64,000 bases of DNA from Nitrospirota bacterium (GCA_029858565.1 JAOUEV010000009.1:10853-74852), one strand, 5' to 3'. Positions 10,155 through 20,431 are shown, numbered from the stretch's first letter. Translations and numbers: made by a program. The notes: generated from the sequence alone by a model not told the origin.

Positions 10155-11240
10155 ATGATGCGCAATTTCCTGCGTCTACTCGTCATTATGACGCTCGCAA
10201 TCTCTGTTCTTATCGGATGTGCCTCGACACCAGGGAAAAAAGAGCGGGTCGTTTTCTGGCCAGATCCTCCCGAGGAACCGAGAATATCCTATATAAAGAG
10301 CTACCGGACGGAGACCGATTTTCGCGGTAAGAGCTTCTTTGATATGATATTTGGTGTTTCTAATATAGCGCTTTTCAGCAAGCCCTACGGTGTTTACTCA
10401 GACGGTGGTCTGATCTATGCGACTGATACCGCGAGCGGTGGTGTTCTTGTATATAATCCGCTGGATAAAAAAATGCGGTTTATCATGGGTGACAAGGATA
10501 AGCTGCAGCGGCCGGTTGGCGTTGCTACGGCAGCTGACGGCACGGTCTTTGTTTCAGACGCGAAGCAGTCAAAGATCTTTGGCTATGACAACCAGGGGAA
10601 ACAGGTCATGACCATCGGCAGCAGGGCCCAGTTGAATAATCCTGCCGGAATTGCCATTAACAAGGACCTCGGCCGCTTGTATATAACTGATAGCAGGGAA
10701 CATAAGGTTTTCGTATTCTCTGTTAAGGGGGAGTTCCTTTTCTCCTTTGGCCAGCAGGGAACGGGGGATGGAGAATTTATTGCACCCACGAACGTTGCCA
10801 TAGATAGGCGGAACGGCACCGTGTATATCGTGGATACGCTCAATTGCCGTGTGCAGGTCTTTGACAAGGATGGAAAGTTCCTCAGAAAGTTCGGAGAACT
10901 CGGTGATTCGCCTGGTTCTTTCACACGGCCAAAAGGGATCGGTGTGGACACGGAAGGTCATGTGTATGTAGCTGATGCCGCATTCGATAACTTCCAGATC
11001 TTTGATGAGAATGGCCAGATACTTATGTTCGTGGGATCCGCAGGCCGGGGGCCGGGTCGCTTTTCCCTTCCTGCAGGCATGTACGTTGATGAGAATGATG
11101 TGATCTATGTGGCAGACCAGGTGAACCAGCGGATACAGTTGTTCCAGTTCCTGAGCGACAAGTGGAAAAAAGACCACCCTGAGGAATATCAAAAGATCCT
11201 TGCGCCCAAACAGGAACAGGAAAAATCCGGAGAGAAGTGA
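10155..11240 (+). CDS. NHL-repeat six-bladed beta-propeller lipoprotein
   Basis: Lipobox LIGC; WPDPPEEPRI leader; repeated PxGIA...YVAD...R(V/I)QVF NHL units. Confidence 0.9.
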   Translation: MMRNFLRLLVIMTLAISVLIGCASTPGKKERVVFWPDPPEEPRISYIKSYRTETDFRGKSFFDMIFGVSNIALFSKPYGVYSDGGLIYATDTASGGVLVYNPLDKKMRFIMGDKDKLQRPVGVATAADGTVFVSDAKQSKIFGYDNQGKQVMTIGSRAQLNNPAGIAINKDLGRLYITDSREHKVFVFSVKGEFLFSFGQQGTGDGEFIAPTNVAIDRRNGTVYIVDTLNCRVQVFDKDGKFLRKFGELGDSPGSFTRPKGIGVDTEGHVYVADAAFDNFQIFDENGQILMFVGSAGRGPGRFSLPAGMYVDENDVIYVADQVNQRIQLFQFLSDKWKKDHPEEYQKILAPKQEQEKSGEK

Positions 11241-11249
11241 TCGGCTACA

Positions 11250-12209
11250 ATGGCGGCAAAACGTGTCCTGATAATTGCTGGGCTGACCGGTGTGCTCATT
11301 TCGACCATCGTCCATGGTCAGGCCGACATCGCGGCAAGGGTCAACGGAACGGTGATACCTCGTGCGCTGCTCGAGGAAGCGGTCGATGAGATAATCCCGC
11401 GGGCCACATTTCACGGAGCGTTGTCCGATGACCGGCGGCAGGAGTTGCGGGAAAAGGCTCTTGAAGCTTTGATCATCGCCGAACTGCAGTATCAGGATGC
11501 GCTTGCACTGGGTATGAAAGTGGATAGCGGTCTTGTCAAGGACCAGATGAAACGGGTCCGCGACTCATTCCGTTCCTCCAAGGACTATCAGCTCTGGCTG
11601 GAAAAGAAACGGATGAGCGAGGACCAGTTGAGGGCTCGTATTGAACGGAGCCTGCTTGTCCGAACCGCTGTTGAAAAACACGTGGAAGAACCCTCCCGCT
11701 TGAGCGAGCAGGAACTGCGGGATTTTTATGACGCCAATCCGGAGCATTTCAAGGAAACGGAAAGCGTTCATGTCAGGATCATTTCTACCAAGAGTGAGAC
11801 CAAATTGAACGATATTCTCGGCAAGCTCAAAACGGGTGAGGATTTCGGTTCAATCGCGTCTCGAATGTCCGATGATGGATACCGCGTGAAAGGCGGGGAT
11901 ATCGGTTTTGTGAAACGCGGTATGATCTACCCCGCACTTGAGGAGCGAGCCTTTTCATTGAAGCCCGGAAACAGAAGCGATGTTCTCATGGTCGATGGCA
12001 CGTTCTATCTTGTTAAAGTTGAGGAGTATCGCCCGTCCCGGATTATACCGTTCAGCGAGGCGAGAGAAGATATTAAAAAGGACCAGGAGAAGAAGCGCAG
12101 GTCTGTGTTACTGGACAAGTGGCTGACGTCTTTGCGCGCAAAGGCGGACATTCAGGTAATTATCGGTGATATTGAAACGAAGAATGACAGTAAGAATAAG
12201 CTGCATTGA
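11250..12209 (+). CDS. SurA/PrsA-like parvulin (PpiC) foldase
   Basis: Signal peptide, ARVNG SurA-N domain, GEDFGSIA...GGDIGF rotamase motif. Confidence 0.88.
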   Translation: MAAKRVLIIAGLTGVLISTIVHGQADIAARVNGTVIPRALLEEAVDEIIPRATFHGALSDDRRQELREKALEALIIAELQYQDALALGMKVDSGLVKDQMKRVRDSFRSSKDYQLWLEKKRMSEDQLRARIERSLLVRTAVEKHVEEPSRLSEQELRDFYDANPEHFKETESVHVRIISTKSETKLNDILGKLKTGEDFGSIASRMSDDGYRVKGGDIGFVKRGMIYPALEERAFSLKPGNRSDVLMVDGTFYLVKVEEYRPSRIIPFSEAREDIKKDQEKKRRSVLLDKWLTSLRAKADIQVIIGDIETKNDSKNKLH

Positions 12210-12452
12210 TCTGAAAGCATCCTGACGTAGATAAGTATTTCACACTAAAGAATCACAACTAATTGTTTTATCGTGAAATTTACCATAGTGTAATAATACT
12301 CAACTTTAGAGCGATATTGCTCATCACCTCTTTTTTTAATTACCTTTCTTTCAAACAACACATTGATAATAATAGAATTTAATACGGTTCTTCTGGGCAG
12401 GTTTATTGCATAAAAAACATTATCCAGTAGTACGCCTTTTGGAATAAAACAA

Positions 12453-14360
12453 GTGTTAAATAGTAATAAAATAAAAATAATCCTTTGCTCGGCAATGCTA
12501 TTCATTCTGGCTATGCCTGCTTCCTCTGCGTATGCCTACTACTACGTATCTGGCGTGGTCGATTTTTCTTATACCTCCTATACAACCAAGATCGGAGAAA
12601 AGAAAACAACGGATACTTCCTGGACCGAGCATTATGGTGTTACGCTCGGAACAGCGGTCATAGATCCCCGTTTCCTCCAGTTGACCGCAGGCGTAAGCTA
12701 TCAGAAGAGCCATTTATACAAGACGCCTGACCAGGATATTATGTCGTACAGCATCAATGCTTCCTTCTTTCCAGGCAGGATGATCGCCTGGACACTTTTT
12801 GGAGCAAAGAGCATATTGAATGTCCCGAGCACATATAACCTTGCCGGTTATGATGTGGAGTCTTCGTCTTATGGCGGGACCATGTACTTGAAACTGAGCC
12901 TGCTTCGCAGGAAATCAGGCAATAATAATTTTTATAACAACAACAGAAATTACAACAACAACAATAATAATAATAACAGGAGGGGTGCGTCGTTTGCTTT
13001 GCCGGACCTCACTCTGTCCGCCACGCATGCCGACGTTCAGTCGATGAATGTAAACTTTCCCCTTCATGAAGCCCGGGACAATGTGTCAGCCCTGATGCTG
13101 TACCAGATCACGCCGTCGATCAATCTGAATGTGGATGGCAGGCGGGAGGAGTACCAAAATCTTCTGAATAATAGTACCTATACGTTTACCACGCTGGACA
13201 TGGTATCGAATGTTCACCTTGCCCGGAGCGGTGAACTCCGCCTGACCGGCCGCACGACTGAGCGGGCCTATGACAATATTGGCGGATCAACAGGCACAAT
13301 CAGCACCTACCTTGTGGGCGCCCAACTCGACCTGCAGCCGAAAAAGAGCATCTCCCAGTCTTATCGCACCAACTACGGACGTGTGGAGTCCATGGGTGCA
13401 GAGATCATCAGCAAGGATGCACGGGCACAGATCCAATATGCCATGCTTCGGGAACTCTCATTCAAATCGGCCATTTCCTATGGCGAGACGGACTACCGGC
13501 GCGATGCCACAGCTGCTACACCAGCAACACACAGCAATATTAAGACTGGGGCATTGTCGGTCGGAGCCCACTACCTGAAGGAGTTCAAACCCGAGATGCT
13601 CGATCCGTTCATCGTGCGGGCTGGGTATGATTTCGATACCGGATTTACGGACATCACCTACGAGTCCGGGCAACAATCCAAGGGGAAATTCTATCAGAAT
13701 CAGGCAAGTCTTGGTCTGCTCAGTTCCGGTTGGAGGTTCGAGACCCTTGAGTTGGGGTATAGCTACGTGAGCAGACGGGATAATTCGCTGATGAACCAGA
13801 ACTTGCTGAGCGAAAACTATTGGCTATCTATGAGCACGCGGCGCATTCCCAGATCAAGGTTGAACGCATCGGTCAAATATTCCTTAAGTACGACCAATAC
13901 CGGTCCTTCACCAGATCCTTTTGTGTCCCAGCAGCCTGAAACAAACAGGGATGCGCGGTTTTTGCAGTATAACGCCAATTTCGAGCATGACATATCCTCG
14001 AACCTGAGCTTTATATCCGGGGCGAGCCGGGCAAAGACAAATTCGAACTCTGCCTACACCCTGGCGACGGTTCCATTATATGGCGCCTCGGATGTTACTT
14101 CAGAAAGGTATTTCGCGTCCTTGAACGGGAATTATCCACTGGGACGGGCATTGCAGCTGCGCTGCCAGGCTTCCGAGGAATGGTCGAATACCGAGCCCAA
14201 TGGTTCGCGGTTACAGTCCCATTTGCTCAGTGCGGGTATCGACTGGCGTCTCAGAAAGATATTTATCAACGCCGATTATCGGTGGCGGCAGGATATGCGT
14301 GAGGCGAGCCCAACGATACAACAACAGTATTTCTTTGTCAAGGCGGTACGTCCTTTCTAA
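12453..14360 (+). CDS. Putative large outer-membrane beta-barrel protein
   Basis: Signal peptide, Tyr/Ser/Thr-rich alternating beta-strand pattern, C-terminal Phe (FVKAVRPF). Confidence 0.72.
   Translation: MLNSNKIKIILCSAMLFILAMPASSAYAYYYVSGVVDFSYTSYTTKIGEKKTTDTSWTEHYGVTLGTAVIDPRFLQLTAGVSYQKSHLYKTPDQDIMSYSINASFFPGRMIAWTLFGAKSILNVPSTYNLAGYDVESSSYGGTMYLKLSLLRRKSGNNNFYNNNRNYNNNNNNNNRRGASFALPDLTLSATHADVQSMNVNFPLHEARDNVSALMLYQITPSINLNVDGRREEYQNLLNNSTYTFTTLDMVSNVHLARSGELRLTGRTTERAYDNIGGSTGTISTYLVGAQLDLQPKKSISQSYRTNYGRVESMGAEIISKDARAQIQYAMLRELSFKSAISYGETDYRRDATAATPATHSNIKTGALSVGAHYLKEFKPEMLDPFIVRAGYDFDTGFTDITYESGQQSKGKFYQNQASLGLLSSGWRFETLELGYSYVSRRDNSLMNQNLLSENYWLSMSTRRIPRSRLNASVKYSLSTTNTGPSPDPFVSQQPETNRDARFLQYNANFEHDISSNLSFISGASRAKTNSNSAYTLATVPLYGASDVTSERYFASLNGNYPLGRALQLRCQASEEWSNTEPNGSRLQSHLLSAGIDWRLRKIFINADYRWRQDMREASPTIQQQYFFVKAVRPF
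12921..12977 (+). repeat. AAT/AAC trinucleotide tract encoding poly-Asn
   Basis: Encodes NNNFYNNNRNYNNNNNNNN in frame within the barrel gene. Confidence 0.9.
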
Positions 14361-14584
14361 CCGATCTCTCACCAGGGATTCCGGCACTTTTCCTTTCTAA
14401 CCCATTTAGCGCCAGTAACTTGTTCGCTTGATAATATTTGTATCATGAAAAAAGAGGTGGGATGGTCCATTCGACTCCTGGTTAACAAGGTGTAAAACGA
14501 GTCATCTCCATGGCGGAGTCTTCGAATGCCTTGTGTCGGGGAGCATAGATGCCAGGAGAAGTGATCGAAGTTTGGTAAAACAGG

Positions 14585-14618
14585 AAAGCCCGGAATGCTA
14601 ATGGCACTCCGGGCTTTT
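14585..14618. terminator. Probable bidirectional terminator between convergent genes
   Basis: AAAGCCCGGA...TCCGGGCTTTT inverted repeat. Confidence 0.7.
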
Positions 14619-14646
14619 GGTGTTTACGCTAGAGATCAGCTGGAGC

Positions 14647-15447
14647 TTATTGGACCTTTTTAGGAGGCGCGGTCGTGATGGGAATAGGCTTCTGCTGGGG
14701 ACCGGGCGGCGGGGCCGTTGTCGTTGCTGAAGAACTGGCGACTGCCGAGGGTTTGGCAGCTGCTTGTGGCGCAACAGCAGGCATGTCCTGTGTGGCCGCT
14801 ACGGGAGGCGAGATGACGATGATCGTTTTCTGGTCCTTGATCTTGAATCCGCGATCAGGCAGTTTCGCAGGATAGGATGATGCCACCAGCAGTTCCTCTG
14901 ATACTCCGTTCTTGACAAGGTACTTCACCAACTCGCCGGACCGAGCAGCTGCAATGGTCCTGCCATCTTTTGCCGGTGTCTTTTTGCGGCCCCTTCCCTG
15001 AGCTGGAACAGACTGGGTCATATTTCCGATCAGGATCTCCTTATCCTTGAACTCTTTGAGCAGGGAAGCAAGGTTTTCCAGGACCGCGATGCTGCTCTTG
15101 CCTCCGAAGGTCACCGAGCGGGGAGTGAAAAGCAAAGACTCCGTTATGTTCAGGACGATGCGGTTGTCCACAACTGTTATTTCAGCCTTGCCTTCGGATA
15201 TCTCTTTTTCAAATCCTTTTTTCAGGAGATCTGTCGCCGGAGCGATCCACGCTGTTTCCTGCTTGATCCTGGACTCGCGCTCTTTAAGTTTTTTCAACTC
15301 TGTGCGGGTCTTGTCAAACTCCGGTTGAGCGGCCTTGAACCTGTCCAGGTCTGCTGACAGTGGTTTGTATACAGCCATATAGAAGTACCCAGCGCCTGCA
15401 AGGCCTGCGACCAGCAGCCCGATAAGGATATACGCGACGATCTTCAT
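14647..15447 (-). CDS. MotB/OmpA-C-like membrane-anchored protein (degenerate)
   Basis: N-terminal TM, coiled coil, OmpA_C-like region (LLF...AAARS..LVKYLVKNGV), Pro/Ala-rich tail. Confidence 0.65.
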   Translation of the reverse strand: MKIVAYILIGLLVAGLAGAGYFYMAVYKPLSADLDRFKAAQPEFDKTRTELKKLKERESRIKQETAWIAPATDLLKKGFEKEISEGKAEITVVDNRIVLNITESLLFTPRSVTFGGKSSIAVLENLASLLKEFKDKEILIGNMTQSVPAQGRGRKKTPAKDGRTIAAARSGELVKYLVKNGVSEELLVASSYPAKLPDRGFKIKDQKTIIVISPPVAATQDMPAVAPQAAAKPSAVASSSATTTAPPPGPQQKPIPITTAPPKKVQ

Positions 15448-15517
15448 GATACCTCCCTCAACACGGATAGTTTCCGCGCTATTTCAGAATTTCTTCCTGA
15501 GAAGAACGGATCCCCTC

Positions 15518-16717
15518 CTACTTTAGCTTTGCAAGTGCTGTTTCCATTCTATCCATGCCCTTGGTGATGGTTTCCAGGGAAGTGGCATAGGATAAGCGGA
15601 TATAAGCATCCGCACCGAAGGAGTCGCCGGATACAAGAGCAACCTTGGCCTCTTCAAGAAGATAAGCGGCCATATCGCCGGAATTTCCGATCACCTTGCC
15701 TGCAGCAGCTTTCCCGTACAGCTTCGCCACATTTGGAAATGCGTAGAATGCCCCGACCGGCATGATGCACGATGTTCCCGGCATTTTGTTCAGGCGCTCT
15801 ACCATATATTTCCGGCGCTTGTCGAATTCCTTGTTCATGACCGGCAGGAAATCCTGGGTGCCTTTGAGCGCCTCGAGAGCGGCCTTCTGGGAGATCGATG
15901 TCGGATTGGACGTGCTCTGGCTCTGGATGTTCGCCATGGCCGTGATGACGTCCTTGGGCCCTGCCGCGTACCCGATGCGCCAGCCGGTCATGCAATGGGA
16001 TTTTGAAACACCGTTGACCACGATCGTGAGGTCCTTGATCTCCGGACCAAGGGAGGCGATGCTGGTGTGGGTGAAACCATCGTACACCAGTTTCTCATAG
16101 ATCTCGTCGGAGATCACATATATCTTATGCTTCACTGCGACCGCGGCGATCGCCTCCAGTGTCTTGCGGTCGTAGGCAAGGCCGGTCGGATTCGACGGGC
16201 TGTTCAGGATGATCGCCTTGGTCTTTTTGGTAACAGCTTTTTCCAATTTTTCCGCTGATATCCTGAAACCCTCGGCTTCGGTCGTCTCGACGATCACCGG
16301 CGTCGCATCGTTCAGGAGGACCTGGTCGGGATAGGACACCCAGTAGGGCGAAGGGATGATGACCTCGTCACCGGGGTCGAAGATCGCTTCGGCAATATTG
16401 TAAAGGCTGTGTTTTGCCCCGCAGGAGATCAGGACCTGCGATTTTTCATAGGAAAGTCCGTTGTCCTTCTTGAACTTTTCAACAACAGCATCCTTGAGCT
16501 CATCAGTGCCGCCGGCGGGCGTATATTTGGTGAATCCCGCCTCGATCGCCTTGATACCGGCCAGTTTCACATTCTCCGGAGTGTCGAAATCCGGCTCTCC
16601 GACACCGAAATCGACTACATCGATGCCTTGGGCCTTCATGGCCTTTGCTTTTGCGGCCATTGCCAGAGTTGGTGACGGTTTGATCGCCTGAGCACGTTTT
16701 GCAATTCCGATTGTCAT
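15518..16717 (-). CDS. aspC: PLP-dependent aspartate aminotransferase (class I)
   Basis: GEPDFDTP, NSPSNPTG, SDEIY, SKSHCMTGWRIG motifs. Confidence 0.93.
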   Translation of the reverse strand: MTIGIAKRAQAIKPSPTLAMAAKAKAMKAQGIDVVDFGVGEPDFDTPENVKLAGIKAIEAGFTKYTPAGGTDELKDAVVEKFKKDNGLSYEKSQVLISCGAKHSLYNIAEAIFDPGDEVIIPSPYWVSYPDQVLLNDATPVIVETTEAEGFRISAEKLEKAVTKKTKAIILNSPSNPTGLAYDRKTLEAIAAVAVKHKIYVISDEIYEKLVYDGFTHTSIASLGPEIKDLTIVVNGVSKSHCMTGWRIGYAAGPKDVITAMANIQSQSTSNPTSISQKAALEALKGTQDFLPVMNKEFDKRRKYMVERLNKMPGTSCIMPVGAFYAFPNVAKLYGKAAAGKVIGNSGDMAAYLLEEAKVALVSGDSFGADAYIRLSYATSLETITKGMDRMETALAKLK

Positions 16718-16940
16718 ACTGAGGGAAACCTTTCTCGCATGGAATGAGTTGAAATTCTTTCGTTTTTAACATGGCCCGTCGGTATTGTCAATTGATTTTT
16801 GTTGAACCCGGGTTGCAGGAACAGGGTTCGAAGGAGCGGATAATGTTCATTCGCGCAGGCTTGTCATCTGTGCGAACATCTTGCGAAGCATATGCGCACC
16901 ATGGTATAGTTCCTTGTCATCCAATCCCAGGAGGATATTT

Positions 16941-18422
16941 TTGGATCTGCTGCTGCTTCTCGGTTATCCACTGGTCCTGGTCGCCGGTCTTGAGATCCTG
17001 CTCGCGGTACTGCTTCTCTACCAGAACCAGCGCCAGAGCCGCGTGAACCGGGCTGTTGCGGCATTTTCTTTCATTTCCGCAGCCTTTTCCCTGAGTACGT
17101 CGCTCATGTACCTTTCTGCAGCAGCAGGTCTTGATCATATCCTGTTCGCGCGTTTTAACTGGATAGGCTGGCTCAGCATCCCGGCCTCGCTGCAATTTAT
17201 CTTCTATCTTCGCGATGAGAACAGTTCAAAGGGACATTTTGTGGGCTGGGCCCTCTACGCTTTCTGGACAGTGGTGCTCGGCATCGCGCTTTTAACGGAT
17301 CTTATCGTTACCGATCACTATAGGCTGATCCCTTTTGAGAACCGACCTGGTCCCCTGGAAAATCCACTGCGCTTTCTGGGTGGTGCACTTATCGTGTGGC
17401 TGATGGTCGAGATCGTGAAACTGCGAAGGGAGGTTTCAGGTGTCAAGCGGGCGCAACTGAACTATTTCTTTCATGGCACGCTCATATTTGCCACGATGGG
17501 ATCGTTGACCGCAGGATTCCTGCAGGTATTCGGAGGATTCGGGTTCGAACCAGGACTTGCTTCGTACTTCAGCTTTCCCTGGGTGGTGCTGACGTTCTAT
17601 GCCATTACGCGATATCGGTTGTTCGATATTCGCATCGTCATATCGAAAGCGCTCAGCGTGGCGCTGCTGTTTGTCCTGTTTGCCTGGGCTCACGTGGTCC
17701 TGTTCCAGGTGCTGACCCCCATTTTGGGGAGTTCCCTGGCTGTACTTGTGTCGCTCACGCTCACGGTGCTCGTATTTTTCGGGACCCCCTTCAGCAGCAG
17801 GGTGCGGGAACTTGTCCAGCGCACCATCCTGCAGGACAAATATCTTTACCAGGACGTTCTCAAGGAATCGGTCAAGGCGATCGTCACGATCCTGGACTTT
17901 GGTGAACTCCTGGACTACATCGTTGACACGATCAGGAAGAGCCTGCAGGCCGAGAATGTCGCATTGTTCCTCAAAACACCTGAAGGGACCTATGCGCTTC
18001 GTCACGGCATTGGCAGTGCGGTGCTGATGCGAGAAGAATGCATCCTGGACCCGGGGGTCATCGAGCTTGTTCAGCAGGCAGGCCAGGCCGTAGTGCGTGA
18101 GGAAGTGGAGCGGATCCTCCCGGATGATGTCTTTGGTACTCTCAACAGGTCGCTCCGGGATATCGACGCCGAACTGCTGCTTCCCCTGCGTTACAAGGGA
18201 CAGCTCCAGGGCGTGCTCACCGTAGGGAAAAAAGGGAGCGGAGAGCATTATCTGCAGAGCGACATCGATCTGCTCGATGCTCTTGCGGGGCATGCCGCGG
18301 TCGCCATCGAGAACGCCCGTCTCTATGAGGAGGCGAAGCTCGCGCACGAATCACTGCAACAGAGCGAGGCGCGCCTCTCCGCCATGGCCGAGCATTCTAT
18401 CGGCAAATATCTTTCCCGCTGA
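16941..18422 (+). CDS. Multi-TM (HisKA_7TM-like) plus GAF sensor protein lacking an output domain
   Basis: TTG start after AGGAGG; many TM helices, YAITRYRLFDI motif, GAF ending AIENARLY, stop soon after. Confidence 0.75.
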   Translation: MDLLLLLGYPLVLVAGLEILLAVLLLYQNQRQSRVNRAVAAFSFISAAFSLSTSLMYLSAAAGLDHILFARFNWIGWLSIPASLQFIFYLRDENSSKGHFVGWALYAFWTVVLGIALLTDLIVTDHYRLIPFENRPGPLENPLRFLGGALIVWLMVEIVKLRREVSGVKRAQLNYFFHGTLIFATMGSLTAGFLQVFGGFGFEPGLASYFSFPWVVLTFYAITRYRLFDIRIVISKALSVALLFVLFAWAHVVLFQVLTPILGSSLAVLVSLTLTVLVFFGTPFSSRVRELVQRTILQDKYLYQDVLKESVKAIVTILDFGELLDYIVDTIRKSLQAENVALFLKTPEGTYALRHGIGSAVLMREECILDPGVIELVQQAGQAVVREEVERILPDDVFGTLNRSLRDIDAELLLPLRYKGQLQGVLTVGKKGSGEHYLQSDIDLLDALAGHAAVAIENARLYEEAKLAHESLQQSEARLSAMAEHSIGKYLSR

Positions 18423-18523
18423 ACAGCGGGCGTCGGGAAGAATCTCCTTGTCAGGAGTTCAGTTCCCGCAGTCCATAGGATTACTTGCGTGATATCACTA
18501 CCCGTTCTCCGGATGATCCGCCG

Positions 18524-19738
18524 ATGAGTCAGCCTTCCGAGCCCTCTGCATCTTTCTGGCGCCGCGGTCTGTCGCGGAACGTTGTGATACTGGGCTTTGT
18601 CAGTCTCCTGAACGATGCTGCCTCGGAAATGATCTATCCCCTGCTTCCGGTGTTCCTTACGTCAGTGCTTGGCGCGGGACCGGCGGCGTTAGGGATCATC
18701 GAAGGAATCGCTGAGTCCACGGCTTCGTTCTTGAAGCTTTACTCCGGCTACCTCTCCGACCGGTTTCGACGCAGAAAAGCCTGGGTCGTCATCGGCTATA
18801 CCCTTTCGAACATTATCCGTCCGCTCATTGCCGTTGCCGGTTCCTGGTTCCAGGTCCTGACGCTTCGCTTTGCCGATCGGGTGGGGAAAGGTCTCCGGAC
18901 CTCTCCTCGGGACGCGCTGATCGCAGATTCGACGCCTGAGGAAATGCGGGGTGCGGCCTATGGGTTCCACCGGGCCATGGACCATGCCGGCGCTATCGTG
19001 GGACCGCTGCTTGCAACAGGCCTCCTGCTCCTGCTGCATGACAGTATCCCGACGGTATTTCTTCTGTCGGTCATCCCGGGCACGCTGGCCGTGGTCCTGC
19101 TGCTCGTCGGGCTCCGGGAAAAAGAGCGGGAAGCGCCGAAGCCAGGCGTTCGTTTCCAGTTCGGGACAGCATGGGACGAAATGCCGGGATCCTTCCGAAA
19201 ATACCTCCTCATCCTTTTGCTCTTTACGCTCGGGAACTCCACGGACGCATTTTTGCTCGTACGGGCGCAGTCCCTCGGCGTTCCGGTGGCGCTGCTTCCG
19301 ACAATCTGGGTAGCCCTGCACGTCGTAAAAATGCTTTTTTCCGTGCCCGGCGGGATGCTTTCGGACCGCGTCGGCAGGAAGTCCGTCATAGTCGCGGGAT
19401 GGATCATCTACGCCGCCGTGTATGCCGGTTTCGGCGCAGCCAGCCAGGCATGGCATGTCTGGGTGCTGTTCGCGGTGTATGGTGTTTACTTCGGCCTGAC
19501 CGAGGGGGTGGAGAAGGCGTTGGTTGCCGATTTCGCACCTGCTCATCTTCGGGGCTCCGCGTTCGGCCTGTACCATCTGACCATGGGGATCGGCGCGCTG
19601 CCGGCTTCCCTGCTCTTCGGTTTTATCTGGCAGTCCTTTGGACCGGCCATGGCATTCGGAATGGGAGCGGCGCTCGCTCTTTTTGCCGGCCTGCTTTTGG
19701 CGTTCCTGCCGGCGGTCAGGAAAGCGCCTGCAACGTAG
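18524..19738 (+). CDS. MFS transporter
   Basis: About 12 TM helices; GYLSDRFRRRK and GMLSDRVGRK motif A; RVGKGLRTSPRDAL. Confidence 0.92.
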   Translation: MSQPSEPSASFWRRGLSRNVVILGFVSLLNDAASEMIYPLLPVFLTSVLGAGPAALGIIEGIAESTASFLKLYSGYLSDRFRRRKAWVVIGYTLSNIIRPLIAVAGSWFQVLTLRFADRVGKGLRTSPRDALIADSTPEEMRGAAYGFHRAMDHAGAIVGPLLATGLLLLLHDSIPTVFLLSVIPGTLAVVLLLVGLREKEREAPKPGVRFQFGTAWDEMPGSFRKYLLILLLFTLGNSTDAFLLVRAQSLGVPVALLPTIWVALHVVKMLFSVPGGMLSDRVGRKSVIVAGWIIYAAVYAGFGAASQAWHVWVLFAVYGVYFGLTEGVEKALVADFAPAHLRGSAFGLYHLTMGIGALPASLLFGFIWQSFGPAMAFGMGAALALFAGLLLAFLPAVRKAPAT

Positions 19739-19831
19739 CGATCGCACCTGCGCGTTTACGGCAGTGCTCCCGGCTTGTCCGGGGCCTGCTCGAGATAGTG
19801 ACAACAACCCACATTAGGAACGGAGATATTC

Positions 19832-20431
19832 ATGGGGATCTATACAATCGGGATAACTGGCGCCAGCGGATCGGCCTATGCATTGCGGCTCTTGCAGATA
19901 CTGGTCCAGGGGGGACATAATATCTATCTCTGCATCTCCGGGGACGGGCTCAAGATCATGAATGATGAGTCCGGGATCCTGCTCAAGGGATCGGAAACGG
20001 ACATCCAATATGCCTTTGAGCGGCATCTGGACGCCAAGGATGGCCAGATCCGCTATTTCGACGAGGAGAATATGTATACCCCGATCGCCAGCGGTTCCAC
20101 GCATGTGGATGCCATGGTGGTCGTGCCCTGCTCCATGAAGGCCCTTGGCTCCATCGCGAACGGCATCGCGTCCAACCTTATCGAACGGGCAGCGGATGTC
20201 ACGATCAAGGAAAAACGCAAGCTCATCATGGTCCCGAGGGAAACGCCGCTTTCGGCTATCCATCTCAGGAATATGCTGACCCTGGCTGAGCTGGGGTGTC
20301 ACATGGTCCCGGCTATGCCCGGCTTCTATCACCATCCGAAACATTTGCAGGACATCGTTGATTTTGTCGTGGGAAGGGTGCTGGATACGATGGGGATCGA
20401 GAACGAGATATCGCCGAGATGGGGACTGTAA
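19832..20431 (+). CDS. ubiX: Flavin prenyltransferase UbiX
   Basis: GITGASG, IASGS, PCSM, PRETPL motifs. Confidence 0.95.
   Translation: MGIYTIGITGASGSAYALRLLQILVQGGHNIYLCISGDGLKIMNDESGILLKGSETDIQYAFERHLDAKDGQIRYFDEENMYTPIASGSTHVDAMVVVPCSMKALGSIANGIASNLIERAADVTIKEKRKLIMVPRETPLSAIHLRNMLTLAELGCHMVPAMPGFYHHPKHLQDIVDFVVGRVLDTMGIENEISPRWGL

Noticed and set aside
12245-12505. 86-aa minus-strand ORF in the AT-rich spacer
   Set aside because: Overlaps the barrel gene start, has no motif, and the region looks like promoter DNA.
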